From assembly GCA_016937695.1 (NCBI GenBank), contig JAFGWC010000048.1, positions 61,777 to 125,776 on the forward strand: DNA of 64,000 nucleotides, in the 5' to 3' direction. Under the pieces are notes generated by a model, which saw nothing but the letters and a program-made list of their open reading frames with translations, was not told the DNA's origin and ran no database searches. The position numbers and the translations under genes are program-made. Below, piece by piece: positions 56,250-64,000 of the stretch. Within the stretch, counting starts at the first letter, position 1; the number at the start of each line of letters is the position of its first letter. Source of the DNA: Bacteroidales bacterium (GTDB taxonomy: Bacteria; Bacteroidota; Bacteroidia; Bacteroidales; NBLH01).

Positions 56250-56945
56250 TTATTTTTTCTTAAAAACAATTCCGTAATTATTTGGCCTATCAATAGGGAA
56301 ATTAATAAAAAGCCACATTAATTTAAGAAATTGATTTACTGATTTTACTATTTTAAAAGGAAATCTGTTATAATCAAACTCGAAGTAAACTCTTGTATAC
56401 CAACGCTTTATTTCTTTAATTTCAATTTTTCCTTTTTGCTGTTGTTGTTCATTATTAAAAAAATTAATTATCGCATCCGGCGGATATGGTCTTATGTGGT
56501 CGATATCATTATAAAATCTGTGATTTACTCTTAATGGTGTACGAATAATTACAATTCCATTTTTTTTACAAACTCTGAAAAGTTCATTTATTGCATTAAT
56601 TACATCAGGATATTTTAAGTGCTCAATTACATGAGAGCAATGTACAATATCGAAGCTGTTATCATCAAAAGGTAAATTTAAAATATTTGATTTATAAGCT
56701 TCAAAATTATGCGATTTGGCAAGTTCTACAAGCTCTTGGTTTATATCAACACATGAAAATTTCAGTTTATTGTTTTTTTTAGAAAAATATAGCGGAAAAA
56801 TACATAAACCTGAACCTACATCTAAAACAGACAGATTTTCCTTTTCGATGTTAAATTTATCAATAGTTTTCTGTATTTTCTTAAATTCTATCTCGCCGGA
56901 TTTTATATAAACTTTTTCAATTTGTTTTTTCAAAAAATTACTCAT
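56250..56945 (-). CDS. class I SAM-dependent methyltransferase
   Basis: 231 aa. Contains VLDVGSGLC and FDIVHCSHVIEHL. Confidence 0.8.
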   Translation of the reverse strand: MSNFLKKQIEKVYIKSGEIEFKKIQKTIDKFNIEKENLSVLDVGSGLCIFPLYFSKKNNKLKFSCVDINQELVELAKSHNFEAYKSNILNLPFDDNSFDIVHCSHVIEHLKYPDVINAINELFRVCKKNGIVIIRTPLRVNHRFYNDIDHIRPYPPDAIINFFNNEQQQQKGKIEIKEIKRWYTRVYFEFDYNRFPFKIVKSVNQFLKLMWLFINFPIDRPNNYGIVFKKK

Positions 56946-56946
56946 T

Positions 56947-58425
56947 TCAAAATTTTAATTTATTAATAATTTTATTGTAAGAATTATTTACGTCGTCAGA
57001 AATTTTAAACCAAAGGGTTAAAACTCCAAAAATTAAAGTAATTAATCCGCTTCGTATAATAATATCAGCATATAAATTATTTAAATATGGTATAAAATCA
57101 GAAGCGAAATATGCTAATAATGAAACAATTACAACTAAAATAAATTTGTTGTTAAACGGATGAATTTTAAATTTTAAGTATATAAATAATACTTTAATAA
57201 ATGTAAAAATAACTAAGGTAATTGCTGATGCAAAAGCAACTCCGTTTATTTGCCATAAAGGTATGAATATCAAATTAGTAACAACTACTAAAACAAGCAT
57301 TATTAAAGAAAACCATGTTAAATATTTATAGTATTTTGATGATGCAATTATTGTATTATTCACGCCTGTTGCCATTTCAATAACAAATGCCAATCCTATA
57401 TAAAAAATAACATATTTCCCTTCTTCATAACCTGAAGGTAAAATTCTGAAAATATTGTCGATATTTGCCCAAATGCCAATAAATACAAGTGCTGCAATTA
57501 TAAATTGATTTAAACTTGATGAAATATATACTTTTTTAATGGATTCAATATCATTGTTTTTCCAAGCATCGGCAATAATTGGCATTGATATTTTTAAAAC
57601 TGCTCTGGAAGGCACTTTTATCAGTAAAGCAAAAACAACAACTGTTGAATATATTCCGGTTACGTGCAAACTAATCATTGAACTCGACATTGCTTTGTCA
57701 ATCTGAGTTATTGAATTTCCGGCAATTCCTGCTAAAATGCCAAAAAAACTTACATTAAATATTGTTTTTCTTAAATCTTTGGTAATAAATCCGAAATTTG
57801 GTTTTATCACAAATTCTTTATCGTAAATAAGCCAAATAACAATTATTACTGATGGTATTGATAAAGAAATAACATATCCGATAATAAAACTATCAACATT
57901 TATAATCTGTAAATAATAAATTATCAGAACTATTAATATTAATATTCGTTGAATAAACTCTTTTAAAAAAAGTCCTCTAACTGCATGATAAAGAACAGTA
58001 TAATAAGTATCTATTAAATAAAAAACAATGGTAAAAAATATTAAAGGAAGTAAATAATAAATATATTTTACAAATAAAGGAGAATTTTCAATATTTTCTT
58101 GAATTATGTATGATTTAAAAATAAAAAATAAAATAATTGAAACAATAGAACCGAAAATAATAACAGCCAAAACCAAAGAAAAAAAACCATTATGATTATT
58201 TTTAGGATTTCTAAAATATGTAAACATTCTGATAATTGCACTATTAAAGCCTAATGTGCCAAATTGAGCGAAAACAACAGAATAGGCAATAAGTGTATTA
58301 AGCAAGCCGATTTCTTCTTCGCTTAAAATGCGCGGAAAAAGTATTGACGTTGTTATAAAACCTATAAATACTCCTAAATACAAAAATATACTGCCTTGTA
58401 TACTTTGTTTTTTTATTATGCCCAA
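56947..58425 (-). CDS. polysaccharide/oligosaccharide flippase (Wzx/MOP superfamily)
   Basis: 492 aa with about 12-14 TM helices. TTG start. It is the first gene of a tightly packed minus-strand cluster. Confidence 0.75.
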   Translation of the reverse strand: MGIIKKQSIQGSIFLYLGVFIGFITTSILFPRILSEEEIGLLNTLIAYSVVFAQFGTLGFNSAIIRMFTYFRNPKNNHNGFFSLVLAVIIFGSIVSIILFFIFKSYIIQENIENSPLFVKYIYYLLPLIFFTIVFYLIDTYYTVLYHAVRGLFLKEFIQRILILIVLIIYYLQIINVDSFIIGYVISLSIPSVIIVIWLIYDKEFVIKPNFGFITKDLRKTIFNVSFFGILAGIAGNSITQIDKAMSSSMISLHVTGIYSTVVVFALLIKVPSRAVLKISMPIIADAWKNNDIESIKKVYISSSLNQFIIAALVFIGIWANIDNIFRILPSGYEEGKYVIFYIGLAFVIEMATGVNNTIIASSKYYKYLTWFSLIMLVLVVVTNLIFIPLWQINGVAFASAITLVIFTFIKVLFIYLKFKIHPFNNKFILVVIVSLLAYFASDFIPYLNNLYADIIIRSGLITLIFGVLTLWFKISDDVNNSYNKIINKLKF

Positions 58426-58583
58426 AATTCTATTTTTTAAAACTTAATCCGCAAAGTTAAAATTAAATTTTAATATTTTTTACAGTGTTAAAATTCAATC
58501 TTTTAACTACATTTTGTAAATTATTTTTAACTTTTTTATATATTTGTAGATTATTGAATACAAAAAAACCTTATTTCAAAAAA

Positions 58584-59447
58584 ATGAATAATAATAATTT
58601 ATCAGAAAATAAATTAAAAGGCTCTTATTTTTCTATTGTAATAAGTATTTCTTTAGTGATTTTTATGCTTGGTTTAATAAGTTTACTTATTGTAAATGCC
58701 AAAAGATTATCTGATTACGCAAAAGAAAACATTGGATTTTCAATAATTTTACACGATGATGAAATGGAAATGGACATAATAAAGCTGCAAAAAGAATTAG
58801 ATTTAGCAGATTTTGTTATTGAAACCAAATTTATTACAAAAGAAGAAGCCGCCGAAAGTTTAAAAGAAAATTTAGGTGAAGATTTTATCGATTTTTTGGG
58901 TTTTAATCCGCTTTTAGCTTCAATTGACGTTAGGCTTAAAGCAGAATACGCAAACAAAGACAGTATTTTATTAATTGAAAAAAATCTTAAAAAAAATCCG
59001 CTTGTAAAAGAAGTTTCTTACCAAAAATCATTGGTTTCGGTTGTAAATGAAAATGTTAGAAAAATCAGCTTTGTATTATTAGCTTTCAGCTTAATGTTTT
59101 TTCTTATTTCTTTTGCCTTAATCAACAATACTATAAGACTTTCTTTTTACTCTAAACGATTTATAATCAACACAATGCAGCTTGTTGGCGCAACAAAAAA
59201 CTTCATTCGTAAACCATTTTTAAAACAAGCTGTTTTTTTAGGGTTTTTAGGAGCTTTAATTTCTATTTTACTGATGATTTTTTCTATTTATTTCCTTCAA
59301 AATACACTTGAAGATATAATTATTATTTACGATAAATGGCTGATATTTATCATTATGTTAATCTTAGGAGTTATAATAAGCTCATTATCAACATATTTTG
59401 CTGTAAACAGATTTCTTCGTTTAAAATCGGATGAATTGTTTTATTAA
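58584..59447 (+). CDS. ftsX: cell division protein FtsX
   Basis: It has an N-terminal TM, a periplasmic domain and 3 C-terminal TM helices (MQLVGATK.FIR.PF). The ATG at 58584 is preferred over the ORF-track start at 58485. Confidence 0.8.
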   Translation: MNNNNLSENKLKGSYFSIVISISLVIFMLGLISLLIVNAKRLSDYAKENIGFSIILHDDEMEMDIIKLQKELDLADFVIETKFITKEEAAESLKENLGEDFIDFLGFNPLLASIDVRLKAEYANKDSILLIEKNLKKNPLVKEVSYQKSLVSVVNENVRKISFVLLAFSLMFFLISFALINNTIRLSFYSKRFIINTMQLVGATKNFIRKPFLKQAVFLGFLGALISILLMIFSIYFLQNTLEDIIIIYDKWLIFIIMLILGVIISSLSTYFAVNRFLRLKSDELFY

Positions 59448-59545
59448 GTTTCTAATCAGAAAATTTAAACCCACTAAATATCTTTTTATTAAAAAAAACT
59501 TGTTATTTTTGCCGACTACGTGTTGGTTTTTAATAAAATAAAAAA

Positions 59546-59794
59546 ATGGCAAAAAAAGAAACAGAAAAAGAAGATAATTTTGCATTAGCTAAAGAAAATT
59601 ATATTTATTTAATTATTGGTTTTGCAATAATTATTATCGGTTTTTTACTAATGATGGGCGGCGGTTCTGAAAATCCTGATGTATTTAATGAAAAAGAACT
59701 TTTTAGTTTTCAAAGAATAACTTTAGCGCCAATTGTAGTTTTATTTGGCTTTCTTTTCGAAATTTGGGCTATTATGAAAAAGCCTAAAGAATAA
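59546..59794 (+). CDS. DUF3098-like small membrane protein
   Basis: 82 aa with two TM helices. The conserved position between ftsX and uppP, as recalled for Bacteroidota, supports the call. Confidence 0.55.
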   Translation: MAKKETEKEDNFALAKENYIYLIIGFAIIIIGFLLMMGGGSENPDVFNEKELFSFQRITLAPIVVLFGFLFEIWAIMKKPKE

Positions 59795-59808
59795 ATATAT
59801 ATCTGAAA

Positions 59809-60606
59809 ATGAATTGGTTAGAAGCAGCTATTCTTGGAATTATTCAAGGACTTACAGAGTTTTTGCCCGTTAGTAGTAGCGGACATTTAGAAATAGGAAA
59901 AGTATTATTGGGAGTTAATGTAAGCGAAAGCTTAACTTTTTCAATTGTTGTTCATGGCGCTACAGTTTTAAGCACAATAATTGTTTTTAGAAAAGATATT
60001 TGGCAAATAATTACCGCTTTTTTAAAGTTTGAATGGAACGAGGAAACCGCTTATATTTTTAAAATTGCTGTTTCAATTATTCCAGTAGGAATTATTGGCC
60101 TTTTATTCAAAGATTATTTAGAAAGCCTTTTTAATGGAAATATTCTGCTTGTTGGTTCAATGCTTATAGTTACATCAATACTTTTGGCATTTACATTTTA
60201 TGCAAAACCAAAAGAAAAAGATATTAGTTTTAAAGATGCTTTAATTATTGGTATTGCACAAGCTATTGCTGTTCTTCCCGGAATATCACGCTCTGGCGCA
60301 ACTATCTCTACCGGACTTTTGCTTGGAAATGATAAAGAAAAAACAGCTCGATTTTCTTTTCTTATGGTTTTAGTTCCGATTATTGGCGCAAATATTAAAG
60401 ATTTAATGGATGGAAGTTTCTCAGCCGAAAACGGAATTAGTTCTACAGCTTTAATTATTGGTTTTGTAACTGCTTTTATATCAGGCCTTTTAGCTTGTTC
60501 GTGGATGATTAAAATTGTTAAAAACGGAAAATTAATTTATTTTGCATTATACTGTTTAATAATTGGATTAATTGCTGTAAGTTATTCTTTATTTTTTGCC
60601 GCTTAA
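59809..60606 (+). CDS. uppP: undecaprenyl-diphosphate phosphatase
   Basis: 265 aa. Contains LGIIQGLTEFLPVSSSGHL and PGISRSGATI motifs. Confidence 0.92.
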   Translation: MNWLEAAILGIIQGLTEFLPVSSSGHLEIGKVLLGVNVSESLTFSIVVHGATVLSTIIVFRKDIWQIITAFLKFEWNEETAYIFKIAVSIIPVGIIGLLFKDYLESLFNGNILLVGSMLIVTSILLAFTFYAKPKEKDISFKDALIIGIAQAIAVLPGISRSGATISTGLLLGNDKEKTARFSFLMVLVPIIGANIKDLMDGSFSAENGISSTALIIGFVTAFISGLLACSWMIKIVKNGKLIYFALYCLIIGLIAVSYSLFFAA

Positions 60607-61358
60607 ATTTTCTCAATTTCTATTGTTACAAACATCGAAAATTGTTTTGTGAAAAACAAAATAAAATTTTCGAAATAAGTAATTGGTAAAAACATAAAAT
60701 CAGGAACCAATTGTTTAAAAGAAACTCCGCCGCTTAATAAATATCTCAATGGTGTATGATATTTAATATCAATTAATTGCAGACTTTTAAATTTGTTTTT
60801 AAAAATATCAATATCGCGTTCAAAAACAATCCAAGGCAAAGCTCCATTTGCATCGCTCATTGGTCCATCTCCTTCTAATTTCCACGATGATTCCGGTAAA
60901 AAAGCTTCGTGATGAAAGTTTTTATAAATAAATCTTCCCCACAAAGTATTTGCCGGCTCAATCATTATAATTTTTCCTCCTTTTTTTAATGTTCTTTCTG
61001 CTTCAAACAAAAATTTTTCAACATCCGGGATGTGATGAAAAGTATCTATCATAAAAATTGCAGAAAGTTCACTTTCATTAAAAGGCATGTCTGTTGCCGA
61101 AAAGCACATATCATTTTCGGGCAAATTTAAAAAATCGCTTGTTATAACTGAAGGAATAATTTCTTTTATAAAGCCGCCGCCGGAACCAATCTCAATTATT
61201 TTGCCTTTTGGCAAATTTGAAATTGATTTTAAAAATATTTTATACCATTCGATATAAAGATTTTTTAAAAACTTTTTTCTTAAAATTATGCTTTTATGAA
61301 ATAATGTCCTTTCTGTAGAATCTAAGTTAAATGGAATGTTATATTTTAATAAGCTCAT
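60603..61358 (-). CDS. class I SAM-dependent methyltransferase
   Basis: 251 aa. Contains IIEIGSGGGF and a GGKIIMIEP block. Confidence 0.75.
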   Translation of the reverse strand: MSLLKYNIPFNLDSTERTLFHKSIILRKKFLKNLYIEWYKIFLKSISNLPKGKIIEIGSGGGFIKEIIPSVITSDFLNLPENDMCFSATDMPFNESELSAIFMIDTFHHIPDVEKFLFEAERTLKKGGKIIMIEPANTLWGRFIYKNFHHEAFLPESSWKLEGDGPMSDANGALPWIVFERDIDIFKNKFKSLQLIDIKYHTPLRYLLSGGVSFKQLVPDFMFLPITYFENFILFFTKQFSMFVTIEIEKI

Positions 61359-61364
61359 TATTAA

Positions 61365-62342
61365 TTAGTTATTGTAATTTTTCAATATAAAATCAATTAA
61401 TTCAATAACTTTTTCGGGTTCGTTGGTTGTAACAAGTTTTAAACGCATTTCTTTGAAATTAGGAATGCCTTTAAAATATGAAACCAAATGTCTGCGCATT
61501 TCATAAACTCCTCGCCTTTCGCCTTTATATTCTATTGATTTTGTAAAATGCATTTTAGCAAGCTCTACTTTTTCTTTTAAAGTTAATGGACGCATTTCTT
61601 CACCATGTTCTAAAAAATATTTAATTTCTTTGAAGATATATGGACGTCCGTAAGTAGCTCTTCCAACCATAATTCCATCAACGCCATATTTATCAAAAGC
61701 TTCTTTTGCTTTTTGAGGCGAATCTATATCTCCATTTCCAATAATTGGAATTTTTATTCTTTGGTTATTTTTAACTTTTCCTATTAATGTCCAATCAGCA
61801 ATTCCTTTATACATTTGCGCTCTTGTGCGACCATGAATTGTTAAAGCTTTTATTCCTGTATCTTGCAGTCTTTCAGCAATATCCTCAATAATAAGTTCAT
61901 CAGAATCCCATCCTAAACGAGTTTTTACAGTAACAGGCAAATTTGTAGCTTTTACAATTTCTTCTGTCATTTTTATCATTTTTGGAATATCACGCAACAT
62001 TCCTGCACCTGCGCCTCTTGTTGCAATCTTTTTAACCGGACAACCATAATTTATATCAATTAAATCAGGATTTGCTTCGGTTGCAATTTTTGCAGCATCA
62101 ACCATTGCATCAATATTATGCCCATAAAGCTGTATTCCTATAGGACGCTCATAATCAGAAACTTCCAGCTTTTTAAAAGTTTTTTTCACGTCTCTAATCA
62201 ATGCTTCTGAAGCTACAAATTCGGTATACATCATATCAGCACCAAAATGCTTGCAAATATGCCTGAAAGAAGGATCTGTAACATCTTCCATCGGTGCTAA
62301 AAAGACAGGATATTCAGGAAGTACAATTTTATCAATATTCAC
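61365..62342 (-). CDS. dusB: tRNA dihydrouridine synthase B
   Basis: 325 aa with a GTG start. Contains LAPMEDVTD..FR, DINYGCP, and a C-terminal helical domain. Confidence 0.88.
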   Translation of the reverse strand: MNIDKIVLPEYPVFLAPMEDVTDPSFRHICKHFGADMMYTEFVASEALIRDVKKTFKKLEVSDYERPIGIQLYGHNIDAMVDAAKIATEANPDLIDINYGCPVKKIATRGAGAGMLRDIPKMIKMTEEIVKATNLPVTVKTRLGWDSDELIIEDIAERLQDTGIKALTIHGRTRAQMYKGIADWTLIGKVKNNQRIKIPIIGNGDIDSPQKAKEAFDKYGVDGIMVGRATYGRPYIFKEIKYFLEHGEEMRPLTLKEKVELAKMHFTKSIEYKGERRGVYEMRRHLVSYFKGIPNFKEMRLKLVTTNEPEKVIELIDFILKNYNN

Positions 62343-62752
62343 AATATATTTTTTTGCAAAAATAGAGGTTTTTTAACAACTTTCGAAAAAAACATAATTA
62401 GTTAAACTATTTTTAATGAAATTTATCAATTTAAAACTTTTCTTTCAACTTTTTTCAGTACTATGATTTAAAAGTTATCTTTCTGTTAAACAGATAATTA
62501 AAAACAATAATTACTGACAAATAATATTATTAAAATATAATTTATCAGTATAAAAAATATAGTTTCATTTAAAAAATAAATTTGTAAACTCAATGGTATA
62601 TTGTTTGTAGCTTATGTAATGATTTAATTCAATAAAAATAGCTTACAATTTTATTTGTATCTAATTATTTTTTACATTTATCTATTTTATTGTATTTTTA
62701 ATCAATATTTTAAAAATTAGATATTTTAGTCTGAAAACCAACAAATTACAAA

Positions 62753-64000
62753 ATGAACTTTTTGCAGAATTTTAACATAAAAATAAAATTATTTGCAGGA
62801 TTATTCCTAATAGCAATAATTTTCATAATTCTATTATTTTGGCAATTTAGTGCTTTAGAAAAAATTGAATCTAGCGAAGGAATAATTCAAAAAACTAATC
62901 AAGCCCACTTGAATTTACAAGAATTATCGAATATAAATCTTAATGATATAAGATTGCTTATGGAAATAATTCAAAGCGATGAAATAAGAATCATAGATAA
63001 TATTGTAGAAGACCATATAATTTCTAGAAATAAGACTAATTTAATTTATGACAGCCTTTACAAACAAACAAACCTCATTTTTCCTAATAAAAGTAACATA
63101 TTAAGAATTAAAGCGATTAATTACTTAGATGAAACAAAATCCAGCATAAATAATGTATTAAATCCTTATTTTGCAAATGTTGAGGAAATTAAAAAAGACC
63201 AAATACAATCTGGCGACGAATATATTTTAACACACCGAAACTTTGAAGATGTAATTGCTGAAAACGATAGTATTTTCAACGACTCTATTTCAAGTATTAC
63301 AGTAGTTGAATCTTTAGACTTAACTGCATACACAAAAAATGTTCAATTAATTAAAATATACAAATTTTATAAACAAAACCACGAGCAATTAGCAAAACAA
63401 TATAATGAAATTGATAATGTTTTTATTGATTTATATGTAGAAGCAGGACTTGAATTAAGAGCAAACACAAATAAAATTAAAGTACTAAACAGTATTTTTA
63501 CTTTACTTGCTTTAGCAGCAATTGTTATAATTATGATTATTGTTTCAAATACTTTCACAAAACCTTTATTAGGTATCGTAACAATAGTAAAAAGACTTTC
63601 TGAAGGTGAATTGCCGCCAAATATCGTGTTTAGCTCTAAAGATGAATTAGGACAAATGTCTTCTGCTTTAAATAAATTAATAGCCGGTTTGAAAAAAACA
63701 TCTGCTTTTGCTACAAATATTGGGAAAGGCGATTTTCTAAGCAATTACTCACCATTAAGTTCTAAAGACGTATTAGGAAATGCTTTATTAGAAATGCGTA
63801 AAAGTTTACAAGCAGCAAACGAAGAAGAAGCCAAACGTAAAATAGAAGATACTCAAAGAACATGGACAACTGAAGGATTAGCTAAATTTGGTGAAATTTT
63901 AAGACATCATACAGAAAATATAAAACTTTTATCTAAAGATATTATTCAAAACCTAGTAAAATATCTAAAAGCAAATCAAGGCGGTATTTTTATTTTAAAT
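62753..64000 (+). CDS. membrane sensor protein with a HAMP domain followed by the start of a GAF-like domain (3' end outside window)
   Basis: The frame is open from the ATG at 62753 to the window edge (416 codons) and is not in the ORF track. It has an N-terminal TM, a long extracytoplasmic region and a second TM. The HAMP segment is KPLLGIVTIVKRLSEGELP...DELGQMSSALNKLIAGL. Confidence 0.75.
   Translation, partial: MNFLQNFNIKIKLFAGLFLIAIIFIILLFWQFSALEKIESSEGIIQKTNQAHLNLQELSNINLNDIRLLMEIIQSDEIRIIDNIVEDHIISRNKTNLIYDSLYKQTNLIFPNKSNILRIKAINYLDETKSSINNVLNPYFANVEEIKKDQIQSGDEYILTHRNFEDVIAENDSIFNDSISSITVVESLDLTAYTKNVQLIKIYKFYKQNHEQLAKQYNEIDNVFIDLYVEAGLELRANTNKIKVLNSIFTLLALAAIVIIMIIVSNTFTKPLLGIVTIVKRLSEGELPPNIVFSSKDELGQMSSALNKLIAGLKKTSAFATNIGKGDFLSNYSPLSSKDVLGNALLEMRKSLQAANEEEAKRKIEDTQRTWTTEGLAKFGEILRHHTENIKLLSKDIIQNLVKYLKANQGGIFILN

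Noticed and set aside
63367-63744. 125-aa minus-strand ORF, and similar antisense ORFs (e.g. 312..524, 2196..2513, 22701..23018, 26065..26490, 45051..45353, 58715..58957)
   Set aside because: All lie entirely inside longer, motif-supported genes on the opposite strand. Their translations are low-complexity (Phe/Ser/Leu/Ile-rich), typical of shadow ORFs in AT-rich DNA.

Overview
AT-rich (about 30% GC by eye) chromosomal segment that looks Bacteroidota-like. Supporting signs are the ftsX-DUF3098-uppP synteny, a TAnnTTTG-type promoter, almost no Shine-Dalgarno sites, and a C10 peptidase with lipoprotein neighbours. I can support about 75 protein genes, mostly housekeeping: truB, queA, fumC, pckA, dtd, deoC, idi, plsY, uppP, ftsX, two Dus paralogs, pepP-like and many methyltransferases. 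There is one tRNA-Arg(CCT), plus several intrinsic terminators.

The most unusual region is about 15.8-20.0 kb, just downstream of the tRNA. It holds a decayed CRISPR-Cas remnant: a cas2 pseudogene, a WYL-regulator C-terminal fragment and a mini-array of 37-nt repeats. An intact, co-oriented AAA+ ATPase gene sits between two CRISPR repeats as if it filled a spacer slot. The segment is bracketed by an imperfect ~44-nt direct repeat derived from the tRNA terminator.

Other points worth a second look:
- A tandem pair of unknown paralogs with strong SD sites, next to an FNR-like regulator and a 22-bp inverted-repeat element.
- A Fic/HTH ('mobile mystery protein A/B') pair with operator-like palindromes.
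- A GH130-GT4-GH130-like cluster.
- A C10 protease followed by paralogous lipoproteins, one inactivated by a visible 5-bp tandem duplication.
- A Dak2-DegV (FakA/FakB-like) fusion in a tight co-directional cluster with plsY.
- A surface-polysaccharide operon with CapA and a Cys-less AsnB-like enzyme.
- A 57-aa ferredoxin missing from the ORF track.

No transposase, integrase, rRNA or intact cas gene is visible. All family assignments come from motif recognition by eye and need database confirmation.
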